A stretch of 64,000 bases of DNA from Bacteroidales bacterium (GTDB lineage: Bacteria > Bacteroidota > Bacteroidia > Bacteroidales > WCHB1-69), in the NCBI GenBank assembly GCA_017551725.1, contig JAFZKY010000014.1, positions 2,721 through 66,720 of the forward strand. Reading direction: 5' to 3'. Below are positions 26,970-35,744 of this stretch, piece by piece. The notes under the pieces are model-generated. The model was not told where the DNA came from. It did not search any database and saw only the letters and a list, made by a program, of their open reading frames with translations. A program made the position numbers and the translations under genes. Positions within the stretch are counted from its first letter, which is position 1. Each line of letters opens with the position of its first letter.

Positions 26970-27058
26970 GTTATTAATTTTACTATTTACTTATTGTAAT
27001 AATTTCTAACCGCAAAACTACAAAAAAATTATTTCTAATCAACAACCAATATTTTCCA

Positions 27059-27610
27059 TTACTCTATTTGAACTATAGTCGGTTTTGGCCCAGCAATAAC
27101 CTCCGCCACTTTCAGTTCCATGTCCCTAAAATAATCCTCTAACGGCATGTTGCCATCTGCCTTCGAAAGTTCCTCTTGCATGTCAATCACGTGAATGTCA
27201 TCCACCCCCAAGAAATGGCGGTCGAGGGGACGGTCATAGAGTTTGGAATCGAAGTGCGGTGGTAAAAGGTATATGAGATGCCGCTTGATGTTGGCGTGAT
27301 GCGCTTTGCACCACAAGAGGTTCACCCCCATGGCCGCAATTTGCAGTTCTGTGTTCGAGCATCTGTGCTTGACATTCGGATTCGGGTGCGGCGCGGGTAC
27401 CATGTTCGTGGGCGAGTCCCACACGAGGAGCCACACCTCCACAGACGGGTCGTATAGCCCATCCTCCGCACAATAGAGGTTCTCCCTGACAAAATTCTCA
27501 CTTTCCATCCATTCGTATGCGTATGAGGAGGGCAGGTGCTGCATAATACCCTCTTTGCACTGCACGGCGTTGTAGCCCACAGGAATAATGATGTGTTTCG
27601 TTCTATCCAT
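27059..27610 (-). CDS. Hypothetical protein
   Basis: 183-aa ORF with ATG start and a Bacteroidetes-type promoter upstream. It is more GC-rich than its neighbours. Confidence 0.6.
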   Translation of the reverse strand: MDRTKHIIIPVGYNAVQCKEGIMQHLPSSYAYEWMESENFVRENLYCAEDGLYDPSVEVWLLVWDSPTNMVPAPHPNPNVKHRCSNTELQIAAMGVNLLWCKAHHANIKRHLIYLLPPHFDSKLYDRPLDRHFLGVDDIHVIDMQEELSKADGNMPLEDYFRDMELKVAEVIAGPKPTIVQIE

Positions 27611-27711
27611 TTTCTTTGATGTTTAAATACGCTGGCAAAAATAGAACATCGCTGTGCCATATTTTGGCATATAGGCGTTATATTTTTGCAGCGTTCAAAA
27701 ATTGTAAGGAT

Positions 27712-29442
27712 ATGAAAAAAGAAAACATTTTGCAGACATTGAGTTTTCTTGCATTAAAAATGGAAAACTCTGAGACTATCTTATTAGAAGCCGTGGCACC
27801 CAATTCTATTGCTCATTTAGATCATGCATTGACACGGCAGAACGACTCAGCCATTCATAAAGAGTTTAGCAAAACAGAGATATGTGAGATTGTTAAAAAG
27901 TTGGAGGATGTCGCCAAATTCCTCGGTATCTCAACCATTCAGGCTGTTATTATGATGGTTGCCTTCTGCAATAAATTCCAAGACAATTATATAGATTGGA
28001 ACGATGTCCACAAATTTTTCAATGTAAAGAGTATGGTGCTGCTTCCTTTGAAAAAAGAATTTGACCGTCTGGTATCTGGTAAATTCCTAAAACGAGCTGG
28101 GAAAAGACATTCTGAATATTATGATATTGAGCAAAAAGTAGTGGACTCCGTAATGAATGAACATCCATTTGACCCTTGTATATTGAAAGAAGCACGTCTT
28201 GATCGATATAAATTTGTCAACGAAATTTCCGATTTGATCGAGCTACGTAGTGATGACGAGATATCCACCTCCGATCTTTTTGAACGTTCATATGAGATGG
28301 AACAACAGAACAATACTCTTACTTTTGTTCAGAATGTCAAGAAATTGAATCTTGAGACTAAAGACAGAGTCTTATTCTATGAGATTTGCGACGATTTTCT
28401 TGCTCATGGTGAAACGGGAATCAATTGTACGCTGAAGGACATGTATAGTAATCCTAGCACTCGTTTTCGAATTGCAAAGGAGTTGATGGACGAAAAGCAG
28501 ATTCTGCAAAAGTTAGATTTAGTGATCCTCCTTCGTGACACAATATTCTCTGATAGTAATTTGACCCTGACCGAAAAAGGGAAACAACTCTTTTTAGAGG
28601 AAGATTTCGAGCTTTTTGCCAAATCCAAAAATCGAGACCAGAAAACAATATACCCCGAAGACATTCAAGAAAAGTCCTTGTTTTATGATGAAGAACTCTC
28701 GCGACAGCTAAATCTGCTGAAAGAAAATCTCCAAGAAGAGCGTTTCTCAGAGCTGCAAAAACGATTGGAAGAACAGTCGCTACCTAAGGGGGTTGCTGCC
28801 ATCTTCCATGGGCAACCTGGCACAGGGAAAACCGAAACTGCGATGCAAATTGCCAAAGCTACAGGTCGTGCAGTGTGTCACGTGGACATAGCAAGTTCCA
28901 AAAGTTGCTGGTTTGGTGAAAGCGAAAAACTTATTAAGCGTATATTTACCGATTATGCTGGACTGTGCAAAAAATCCCCTCTTAAGCCGATTCTACTTTT
29001 CAACGAAGCAGACGCTCTCTTTTCCAAACGCAAGGATAGCATTTCATCAAACGTGGCGCAAACAGAGAATGCCATCCAAAACATTATCCTTGAAGAAATG
29101 GAAAAACAGGATGGAATACTCATAGCTACCACCAATCTCATAGATAACTTGGACAGAGCTTTTGAACGACGTTTTCTATTCAAAATCCGTTTCAACAATC
29201 CCACGGTGGAAGCAAAACAGTCTATCTGGAAGAGCAAACTCTCTTGGTTGTCTGAAAACGAAAGTCGCATACTCGCAGAACGCTACAATTTCTCAGGCGG
29301 CGAAATCGACAACATCGTCCGCAAGGTTATTATGGATGAGGTACTCAACGGAATACACCCTGACATGCAATTCGTTGAAGAACTATGCCGCTATGAAAAG
29401 ATTGGCAACAAGGAGACGAACTTCATTGGGTTTAGAAAATGA
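27712..29442 (+). CDS. Classic-clade AAA+ ATPase with a long uncharacterised N-terminal region
   Basis: Walker A is GQPGTGKTETA, Walker B is ILLFNEADALF, and sensor/Arg-finger region ATTN...RAFERRF is present. The ATG at 27712 follows a TAttTTTG box. Confidence 0.85.
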   Translation: MKKENILQTLSFLALKMENSETILLEAVAPNSIAHLDHALTRQNDSAIHKEFSKTEICEIVKKLEDVAKFLGISTIQAVIMMVAFCNKFQDNYIDWNDVHKFFNVKSMVLLPLKKEFDRLVSGKFLKRAGKRHSEYYDIEQKVVDSVMNEHPFDPCILKEARLDRYKFVNEISDLIELRSDDEISTSDLFERSYEMEQQNNTLTFVQNVKKLNLETKDRVLFYEICDDFLAHGETGINCTLKDMYSNPSTRFRIAKELMDEKQILQKLDLVILLRDTIFSDSNLTLTEKGKQLFLEEDFELFAKSKNRDQKTIYPEDIQEKSLFYDEELSRQLNLLKENLQEERFSELQKRLEEQSLPKGVAAIFHGQPGTGKTETAMQIAKATGRAVCHVDIASSKSCWFGESEKLIKRIFTDYAGLCKKSPLKPILLFNEADALFSKRKDSISSNVAQTENAIQNIILEEMEKQDGILIATTNLIDNLDRAFERRFLFKIRFNNPTVEAKQSIWKSKLSWLSENESRILAERYNFSGGEIDNIVRKVIMDEVLNGIHPDMQFVEELCRYEKIGNKETNFIGFRK

Positions 29443-29519
29443 GTGTCTAATAATTCGCATAGGTCGCACCATTTTCTATCTAATATGTGCGCTGTTTTAC
29501 CATATTAAAACATGCCGTT

Positions 29520-30149
29520 ATGTTAAAATTTTTACGGGAAACACTTTCTATCGGGGACTTTGTGGAGGTGGAAACTTCCACAGGATTAGTGCGTGGCTCC
29601 ATCTTGGAAATACCACCTGATTGTTTGGTGATGCTAACTGATGGCGAACTACACGAATATTCAGAGGAGCAGTTGTTGAGTATCAAATACTTTTCCGATG
29701 ATCACGATGCCTATCGGGATTGTTATATCCAAAAGTTTATACCAGAAGAAAAGAGTGAGAGATATTTTTGGGCAGAAAACCACAATGGATCGTTGTGTTG
29801 CACGAATTTCGACAACATCATCACAATTTTTATGGGCTGGAATATGCGTTTCCAACGCGGTCATCTTGACTTGCCCGACTTGATTGATGTGGAGGACGAA
29901 TACTATTATATAGAAGTCTTGAGCAATGATTGTGATGATTGTTTTTCGGACTATATCACTTCCGTCAAGTTACCGAAACATTTGAAGAGTATTGAGCCAC
30001 TATTCATAGGAAGAATCTTCCTCCAGAAAATATATGTTCCCTATACTTTAGTTTATTCGGGAGGGTACAAAATAGGCGGTTGCACCACATGTCAAGTTTT
30101 CGACTTGAATGGAAAACTTTTGGATTGGGAGTTTGAAGAGGATTGGTGA
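29520..30149 (+). CDS. Hypothetical protein (Cys-rich)
   Basis: 209-aa ORF with no motif recognised. The start is uncertain (GTG 29487 or ATG 29520). Confidence 0.55.
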   Translation: MLKFLRETLSIGDFVEVETSTGLVRGSILEIPPDCLVMLTDGELHEYSEEQLLSIKYFSDDHDAYRDCYIQKFIPEEKSERYFWAENHNGSLCCTNFDNIITIFMGWNMRFQRGHLDLPDLIDVEDEYYYIEVLSNDCDDCFSDYITSVKLPKHLKSIEPLFIGRIFLQKIYVPYTLVYSGGYKIGGCTTCQVFDLNGKLLDWEFEEDW

Positions 30150-30213
30150 ACAGTGCCGCACTTTTGCACACTTCCGATATATTTTTGCCGCAGGTTCCAT
30201 CCCATACGCCCTC

Positions 30214-30273
30214 GCCGAAAAGCGTTCAATAGAGTAGGCATTTTTAAAAGTTGTGCCCGACACGTACTAGGGA
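30214..30273 (+). promoter_or_regulatory. Conserved ~60-nt leader: GCCGAAAAGCGTTCAATAGAGTAGGCA...AGTTGTGCCCGACACGTACTAGGGA
   Basis: A near-identical block is at 31656-31719. The distal 25-mer is also at 26946-26969 on the minus strand. Confidence 0.5.
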
Positions 30274-30275
30274 GA

Positions 30276-30515
30276 ATGATTATGCCGCAAATGATAGTCT
30301 ATAATGGGGAACTGATACGTATTAGCCCCAAAAACAAGAGAAAAATAGAGGTGTCTACCAATCATGGTGGATCATGGATGACCCGCTGTGTTGGATCTGC
30401 CAGCACTGGAGAATTCCTTGATTTGGTAAACAATGGCTCTGAGATAATTGCCACCACCGAAAACGGGCTGTTCGTCTCCTCCAACAACGGAGGATCTTGG
30501 ATAAGAAGATGTTAA
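30276..30515 (+). CDS. Small protein with two Asp-box/BNR-like SxNxGGSW motifs
   Basis: 79-aa ORF carrying STNHGGSW and SSNNGGSW. Confidence 0.5.
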   Translation: MIMPQMIVYNGELIRISPKNKRKIEVSTNHGGSWMTRCVGSASTGEFLDLVNNGSEIIATTENGLFVSSNNGGSWIRRC

Positions 30516-30540
30516 CAATTATCCCTAAAAATATACCACT

Positions 30541-30819
30541 ATGAGAAATTTAAAAAACAACATGCTGGCACTGATACTTGTGATTTGCAATTTTGCTGTC
30601 TATGCAGAAACTGCTTCAGAAGCTGCCAACCCTTCAGAATCCAACATTTTCATTGAGATCTTGGTTTACGCTTTGATTTTCGGAATTCCATTGTTGGTGA
30701 TTATCCGAAAAATTAGGCGAAAAATCAGGAACTTCAAGGAGGATGTAAAAAGTGGCGGTTTCGGAGAAGCAACCATGAGCCGTTTGGAAGACCATTTCGA
30801 CAGAAAGAACAAGAAATAG
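30541..30819 (+). CDS. Small membrane protein (signal peptide plus one TM, basic cytoplasmic tail)
   Basis: 92 aa. An N-terminal hydrophobic leader ends in YAE, a second TM (ILVYALIFGIPLLVII) follows, then RKIRRKIR. Confidence 0.55.
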   Translation: MRNLKNNMLALILVICNFAVYAETASEAANPSESNIFIEILVYALIFGIPLLVIIRKIRRKIRNFKEDVKSGGFGEATMSRLEDHFDRKNKK

Positions 30820-30839
30820 CAGACTAAACGCTTCTCGTC

Positions 30840-31679
30840 ATGAATCTTAAATTCTTTTTCAGTTCCATTGTTTCGAACCGCTATTTTGAGTGGGCGATAA
30901 CGATTGTTATTCTCGTGAACGCCGTACTTATCGGTATCGAACTAAATGTTTGTGATCCCACCATCGGACTGATACAGAGGATTATTTTGCTGATTTTTAC
31001 CGTGGAAATCCTGATGCGATTCATGGCGAGAGAAAATGTGAGGGAGTTTTTCTCTAACGGTTGGAACATCTTCGACCTCACTCTTGTGTTGATTGGTTAT
31101 ATTCCAGAGGATCTCTTTGCCAATGCTTCCGCCATGATGGCTATTAGGGTGCTCCGTGTATTGCGCGTACTTCGATTGCTCAGGGCTGGAAAAGAAATCA
31201 AACTTATTACTACTGTGCTTACCAAATCGATGGTGTCTATGGTGTGGTACGTCATCCTGTTTGCGATTTTCATTTACCTGTTTGCTATAATAGGGGTAAG
31301 CATGTTCAAGTTGCCCGACCCCGAAAAGCTAACGCTAGAAGACCGCTCAAGATACGAACAGTTTATGCGTGAAGTTCACAACGCCCCCGACAACTCTCCT
31401 GACCCGTTCGGGTCGCTGTCGGAAGCAATGTTTACTCTATTCCGCGAGCTAACAGGCGAGGATTGGACAGACCTGCGTTACAACACTATCTCCGCCTACG
31501 AGTACGGCGTTATCCGTGTGAATCCTGTGGTCATCACCACCTACCACATAGTTTGGTTTTCGCTGTCAGTCTTCCTGTTGCTGAACTTAGTTACAGGATC
31601 AATCATCAACAACTATCAAAACATAAAGGAAGAGCAAAATAATCAAAACGCCCCAGCCGAAAAGCGTTCAATAGAGTAG
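30840..31679 (+). CDS. Voltage-gated cation channel, single-domain 6TM BacNav/NaChBac family, Cav-like selectivity filter
   Basis: S4 is RVLRVLRVLRLLR (Arg every third residue). The pore loop is FTLFRELTGEDWTD. At 279 aa, the length matches NaChBac-type channels. Confidence 0.85.
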   Translation: MNLKFFFSSIVSNRYFEWAITIVILVNAVLIGIELNVCDPTIGLIQRIILLIFTVEILMRFMARENVREFFSNGWNIFDLTLVLIGYIPEDLFANASAMMAIRVLRVLRVLRLLRAGKEIKLITTVLTKSMVSMVWYVILFAIFIYLFAIIGVSMFKLPDPEKLTLEDRSRYEQFMREVHNAPDNSPDPFGSLSEAMFTLFRELTGEDWTDLRYNTISAYEYGVIRVNPVVITTYHIVWFSLSVFLLLNLVTGSIINNYQNIKEEQNNQNAPAEKRSIE

Positions 31680-31719
31680 GCAAAAAATTCTAGCAGTTGC
31701 GCCCGACACGTAATAGGGA
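31656..31719 (+). promoter_or_regulatory. Conserved ~60-nt leader, second full copy (overlaps the last 8 codons of the channel gene)
   Basis: GCCGAAAAGCGTTCAATAGAGTAGGCA...AGTTGCGCCCGACACGTAATAGGGA. The ATG follows at 31727. Confidence 0.5.
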
Positions 31720-31726
31720 AACGAAA

Positions 31727-31948
31727 ATGAGTAAGGTTTATAGAATCACACCGAAAGCTATTCACAGAACAAACAACACCGTTTTGACTCCTGAGATGGA
31801 AATCATCGTGACTTTAGAGCGTCATACATCCGACCCATTCTACAATGGTGCAAAAGAAATCAAAGCCATGTATATGGACAGATATGGCTTTGATTATGAG
31901 CGGGCGAATGCAACAAAAGCTTGGTTTGATTATGAGAGATTAGACTAA
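31727..31948 (+). CDS. Small conserved hypothetical protein (possibly DUF6140-like)
   Basis: 73-aa ORF. The family assignment is from memory of similar small Bacteroidales proteins and is unverified. Confidence 0.5.
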   Translation: MSKVYRITPKAIHRTNNTVLTPEMEIIVTLERHTSDPFYNGAKEIKAMYMDRYGFDYERANATKAWFDYERLD

Positions 31949-31967
31949 CAATTTGATAAATACAACA

Positions 31968-31997
31968 TGACGGGCAGGATTTTTCTCCTGCCCGTCA
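31968..31997 (+). terminator. Strong hairpin terminator closing the plus-strand block
   Basis: TGACGGGCAGGA-TTTTTC-TCCTGCCCGTCA, a 12-bp perfect stem. Confidence 0.7.
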
Positions 31998-32092
31998 TAT
32001 TGAAAAACCTTTACTTGGTATACTTTTCTATAACATTTACACCAACGGAACCATATACAAATCTTGTTGATTATCAATGATTCACATGCATA

Positions 32093-32136
32093 GTTCTCTT
32101 AAAGTTCTCTTAAAGTTCTCTTAAAGTTCTCTTGAA
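32093..32136. repeat. 11-bp tandem repeat GTTCTCTTAAA x4 (last unit degenerate)
   Basis: Read directly. An inverted copy TTTAAGAGAA lies at 32147-32156, next to the stop of the 32157-33845 gene. Confidence 0.85.
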
Positions 32137-32156
32137 ATGCTCATACTTTAAGAGAA

Positions 32157-33845
32157 TTATTTTAGCCTCCATAACTTCTTCTCGCCAAAAACTATTTTGT
32201 CTGCTTTTCGTAGTGACGTTAGCAAGTTCCCAATCTTGGAAACCTTCTGTTTGTCAGTCAAAGCTTCAGGTAATTTCGTCATCAACAGCGTATCTATTTC
32301 TGGACGACTCATTGTCACATGTTGATCCAAAGCTTTCAGGATAAGATCCTTGTAGTAATTATCATCGAATCCTTTGTTACGAGTATATTCTGCTTTTTGG
32401 CCTGTAGCTTTAGCCACACTCTTGGCAAAATACAATGCATTCTTTCGGCCTTCAATCAGTTTACGTTTTCTCAAGTAAGCAATTTCATCGTCACTTAGTG
32501 GGCGATGGGTTTGTAACCTGCTCAACATTTCTATGTCAAGCAAAGTCAGTGTTTTGTCTCTGGTCAAGAGCATAGCATAGTCAATGTCCACCACTTTGCC
32601 GATAATCGTCACTTTAACCCTGTCATCACTAAACTCATAATCAGGCATGGGGAAAAGGCGTTCACGTTGCTTGTTAAACATCCGTCTGATACCGCTGCCA
32701 ATCGTGTCCACCATGCCCAATTCCACCATTGCTGTTGCCAGAAACCTGTTACGATAATGTTCCTCAGGGGCATCGTTTATCAACACATTCTTAATGCTGT
32801 TGGGAATGAAAGTCCCCAAATTGGTAAAGATCAGTCGGTCTTCTTCCTCTATTACGTTGATCATGCCATAACGTCCATAGTCCTGATGAGCTATGGCATT
32901 ATTTAATGCTTCCCGAATGATAAAAGGGTCGTATGTATCCAGTTCATCTGGCACTAGCGAAAGAAGCTCTGGATTCATATATCTGTACTTCCAGTTACGT
33001 ATTTTCCTGTAAACCGTATTAGCTGCAATGACAAACGGACATGTTTCGATGGAAAAATCTTTCTCTTCACCTTTGGAATCCTTGTATATCCACCTAATAC
33101 GTGCAACAGCTGGCGAAATAAGATGTTCGCTCTCGGTGCGTCCCAACAATAATATTGCGGTATTGGTTATCTGGCCTTGTTTGGTGATCTTTGCTTTGTT
33201 CAGAAACTTCACATCATCCCACGATTTCATCTCCGCCATCAAGTCCTCGTGTTTCTTGGCATACATCTTGCGAGCTTCTTTGATAGCATCGGGATCAAGA
33301 TCGTCGAATGTGGCATCTTTTACAATCTCGGCACTCCAGTCTTTCTGTGAATTGTATATCTGGCGAACAAAGTCTGGGAAATCTTTGAGCTTCGTCAGAT
33401 TGCTTCCAACCCTCACATAAGCAGCTCCCTTGAAATTTACAGGTTCTCCTGCCGCAGCCTGTATCTCGAAAATAACAATGTGTTTGCCTTCGTACTCAAA
33501 CTCCTCAATTTCAAAGGGGATAATGGGCGAACAGTTTTTTCTAAGCCATAGTTCATAATCCTGATTGCCATATTTAGCTGTCGGCATTTTCAGATTGGTT
33601 CCAACCACATTCCATGTTCCATCCTCCACTCCTAAAATCAAATAACCATGTGGCCTGTATTTCAGGCAGGCCGAATTAGAAAGACCTGAGATATAGTTCC
33701 CCACTCCCTCATACGTAACACTGCATCGAGACTCGCCGATATTAGTTTTAAACTCCATCCACTCCGTTTCTCCAGCACTTTGGCGTTGGCGAGCCTGTGC
33801 CAATAGATCCTCCAACAATATATGTTGTTCTTCAATTGTTTTCAT
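32157..33845 (-). CDS. AlbA_2 (Schlafen-like) DNA-binding domain protein with HATPase_c_4-like and C-terminal wHTH regions (often mislabelled RecG-like)
   Basis: The N-terminus has EWMEFKTN...GYLILGVEDG, typical of AlbA_2. The central region has NAIAHQDY...GSGIRRM. Confidence 0.7.
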   Translation of the reverse strand: MKTIEEQHILLEDLLAQARQRQSAGETEWMEFKTNIGESRCSVTYEGVGNYISGLSNSACLKYRPHGYLILGVEDGTWNVVGTNLKMPTAKYGNQDYELWLRKNCSPIIPFEIEEFEYEGKHIVIFEIQAAAGEPVNFKGAAYVRVGSNLTKLKDFPDFVRQIYNSQKDWSAEIVKDATFDDLDPDAIKEARKMYAKKHEDLMAEMKSWDDVKFLNKAKITKQGQITNTAILLLGRTESEHLISPAVARIRWIYKDSKGEEKDFSIETCPFVIAANTVYRKIRNWKYRYMNPELLSLVPDELDTYDPFIIREALNNAIAHQDYGRYGMINVIEEEDRLIFTNLGTFIPNSIKNVLINDAPEEHYRNRFLATAMVELGMVDTIGSGIRRMFNKQRERLFPMPDYEFSDDRVKVTIIGKVVDIDYAMLLTRDKTLTLLDIEMLSRLQTHRPLSDDEIAYLRKRKLIEGRKNALYFAKSVAKATGQKAEYTRNKGFDDNYYKDLILKALDQHVTMSRPEIDTLLMTKLPEALTDKQKVSKIGNLLTSLRKADKIVFGEKKLWRLK

Positions 33846-33936
33846 ATAAGCTGTCTTTGTTCAAATCCATTCTACAATGATAGAAAATTTCATTTTGCAA
33901 AAGTACACAATTTCCGCCAATCATATTTTAAAACCA

Positions 33937-35274
33937 TTAGTCATCATCTAAGACACTTTCATCATTCATGTCTGGCAAGAGTGTAGCTGCTTGATCCGTA
34001 GGCAGGGCTTCAATATCCCGAAGTTTACGATTAATTGCTTTTGTACGTCTGCCCTGTAGTTGCTCGATAGTCTCCGAGGCCGTGTCAATGTTCTTTTTGG
34101 CCTTCTCTAGGAGATCGCCAAATTTAGAGAATTCTGTTTTTACCGCACCCAAAGTTGTCCAAACATCGCTACTTCGTTTTTCAATAGCCAATGTTCGGAA
34201 CCCCATTTGCAAACTGCTGAGCAAGGCACCCAAAGTAGTTGGGCCCGTGACAAGCACATTATATTTGTCCCTCAATTCTTGTGATAAACTTGAACGGCGA
34301 ATGACTTCTGCATAAATGTTCTCAACAGGAACAAACATTATGGCAAAATTGGTCGTATCGGGAACAGAAATGTATTTGCTATTGATGTCTTTCGCCATAG
34401 CAATAATAGTGTTCTCAAACTGTTTGGATTTCGATTTGATACCATCCGCATCCGCATTGTCTATGGCATCAATGTATTGATCGTAAACATCCTTGGGAAA
34501 TTTGGAATCTATTGGCAGATATACAGTACCTTTAGAATCACCTTTGCCAGGTAGTTTAATGGCGAATTCTACACGCTCAGAACTTCCTCGTACAGTGGCG
34601 ACATTCTCATCATACTGTTCAGGTGATAATATCTGTTCAAGTAACAATTTGAGCTGAAACTCTCCAAAATTACCTCGTATTTTCACATTGGTCAGGGCAT
34701 TCTTTAAGCCTCCGACATCGGAAGCGAGGTTTTTCATCTCGCCTAAACCTTGTTGAACGCTTTCAAGCTGCTCGCTGACCATTTTGAAAGATTGTCCAAG
34801 CCTATCGTTCAAGGTCTTCTGTAACTTTTCATCAACGGTTGCCCGCATTTCGTCCAATCTCTTTTCGGTAGTTTGGATAAGGAACTCCTGACGTTTGTCC
34901 ATGGCAGAGAATCTCTCCTTTTGAGCTTCTACCATTCTTTCTGTATTCTTATCAAAACCTTCCTGAAATTTCTCAGACATTGTTGACAGCTTCTCTTCGA
35001 CAACGATACGTAGTTTATCTACAGTGCCAGATATTTCCATCCGCATCTGACCCACGTTATCAGATAATTCTTTCCTGATTTTGTCAATGTTGTCGGAAAG
35101 CTCATGCCGAGCATTTCTGTTTTCATCCAAAATTTTACTCTCCAAACGGTCAAATTCTTTTAAAAAGATTTCAGACGTTGCGGACTTTCTTGAGAAAAAA
35201 CTGACCATCACAATGACGGTGCAGATGGTGCAAATCGCCATCAATGCTAACAAAATGAATAAAATCGTGTTCAT
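33937..35274 (-). CDS. rmuC: DNA recombination protein RmuC
   Basis: An N-terminal TM is followed by a long coiled coil. The C-terminal RmuC nuclease-like domain shows VEFAIKLPG...YLPIDSKFP...FAIMFVPVE. Confidence 0.85.
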   Translation of the reverse strand: MNTILFILLALMAICTICTVIVMVSFFSRKSATSEIFLKEFDRLESKILDENRNARHELSDNIDKIRKELSDNVGQMRMEISGTVDKLRIVVEEKLSTMSEKFQEGFDKNTERMVEAQKERFSAMDKRQEFLIQTTEKRLDEMRATVDEKLQKTLNDRLGQSFKMVSEQLESVQQGLGEMKNLASDVGGLKNALTNVKIRGNFGEFQLKLLLEQILSPEQYDENVATVRGSSERVEFAIKLPGKGDSKGTVYLPIDSKFPKDVYDQYIDAIDNADADGIKSKSKQFENTIIAMAKDINSKYISVPDTTNFAIMFVPVENIYAEVIRRSSLSQELRDKYNVLVTGPTTLGALLSSLQMGFRTLAIEKRSSDVWTTLGAVKTEFSKFGDLLEKAKKNIDTASETIEQLQGRRTKAINRKLRDIEALPTDQAATLLPDMNDESVLDDD

Positions 35275-35392
35275 AACGGTATTAGGATTAAAGTTTTGAC
35301 ATACAAAAATAGCATTTTTCGGAATGAATTGTACAGAATTTTATGCTACAACTATAGCTAAAACGATTTTATATGCCTGCCTATCCAAATGG

Positions 35393-35704
35393 TTAATCAC
35401 CAAAATCACACAGGTCGCCTATAAGATCAAAGTCATCTTCCATCACGTCTCTAGCTTGAGCTGGTTCCCGATAGTATATGCCAATTTGTTCCGCAGGCAA
35501 TTTTACTCCAAATGCCGAAGCCCATGAGCGGATTTGGTCAAGTACATCCACTCCGTCAAAGTGATTGGAATCGACTAGACATTGTACGTAGTATCTGCCG
35601 TTCTCTTCTATAACCTCAACGGATACTTTTGTTGGCTCTCCGTTAAGAACCATTTTGGTTTCAAATTCGTTTCTTTTTCCCATTGTTTCAATACTATTAG
35701 TCAT
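35393..35704 (-). CDS. Hypothetical small acidic protein
   Basis: 103-aa ORF from the ATG at 35704, with an acidic C-terminus (EDDFDLIGDLCDFGD). Confidence 0.5.
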   Translation of the reverse strand: MTNSIETMGKRNEFETKMVLNGEPTKVSVEVIEENGRYYVQCLVDSNHFDGVDVLDQIRSWASAFGVKLPAEQIGIYYREPAQARDVMEDDFDLIGDLCDFGD

Positions 35705-35744
35705 ATTTTTGTTGTTTTTTTTCGCAAAATAGGTCAAGAGTGCT

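Noticed and set aside
31697-31726. N-terminal extensions MRPTR... on the ORFs at 31697 and 26967, which translate the conserved leader
   Set aside because: Both begin at TTG inside the shared nucleotide motif. The similarity is at DNA level, and proper ATG starts follow at 31727 and 26937.
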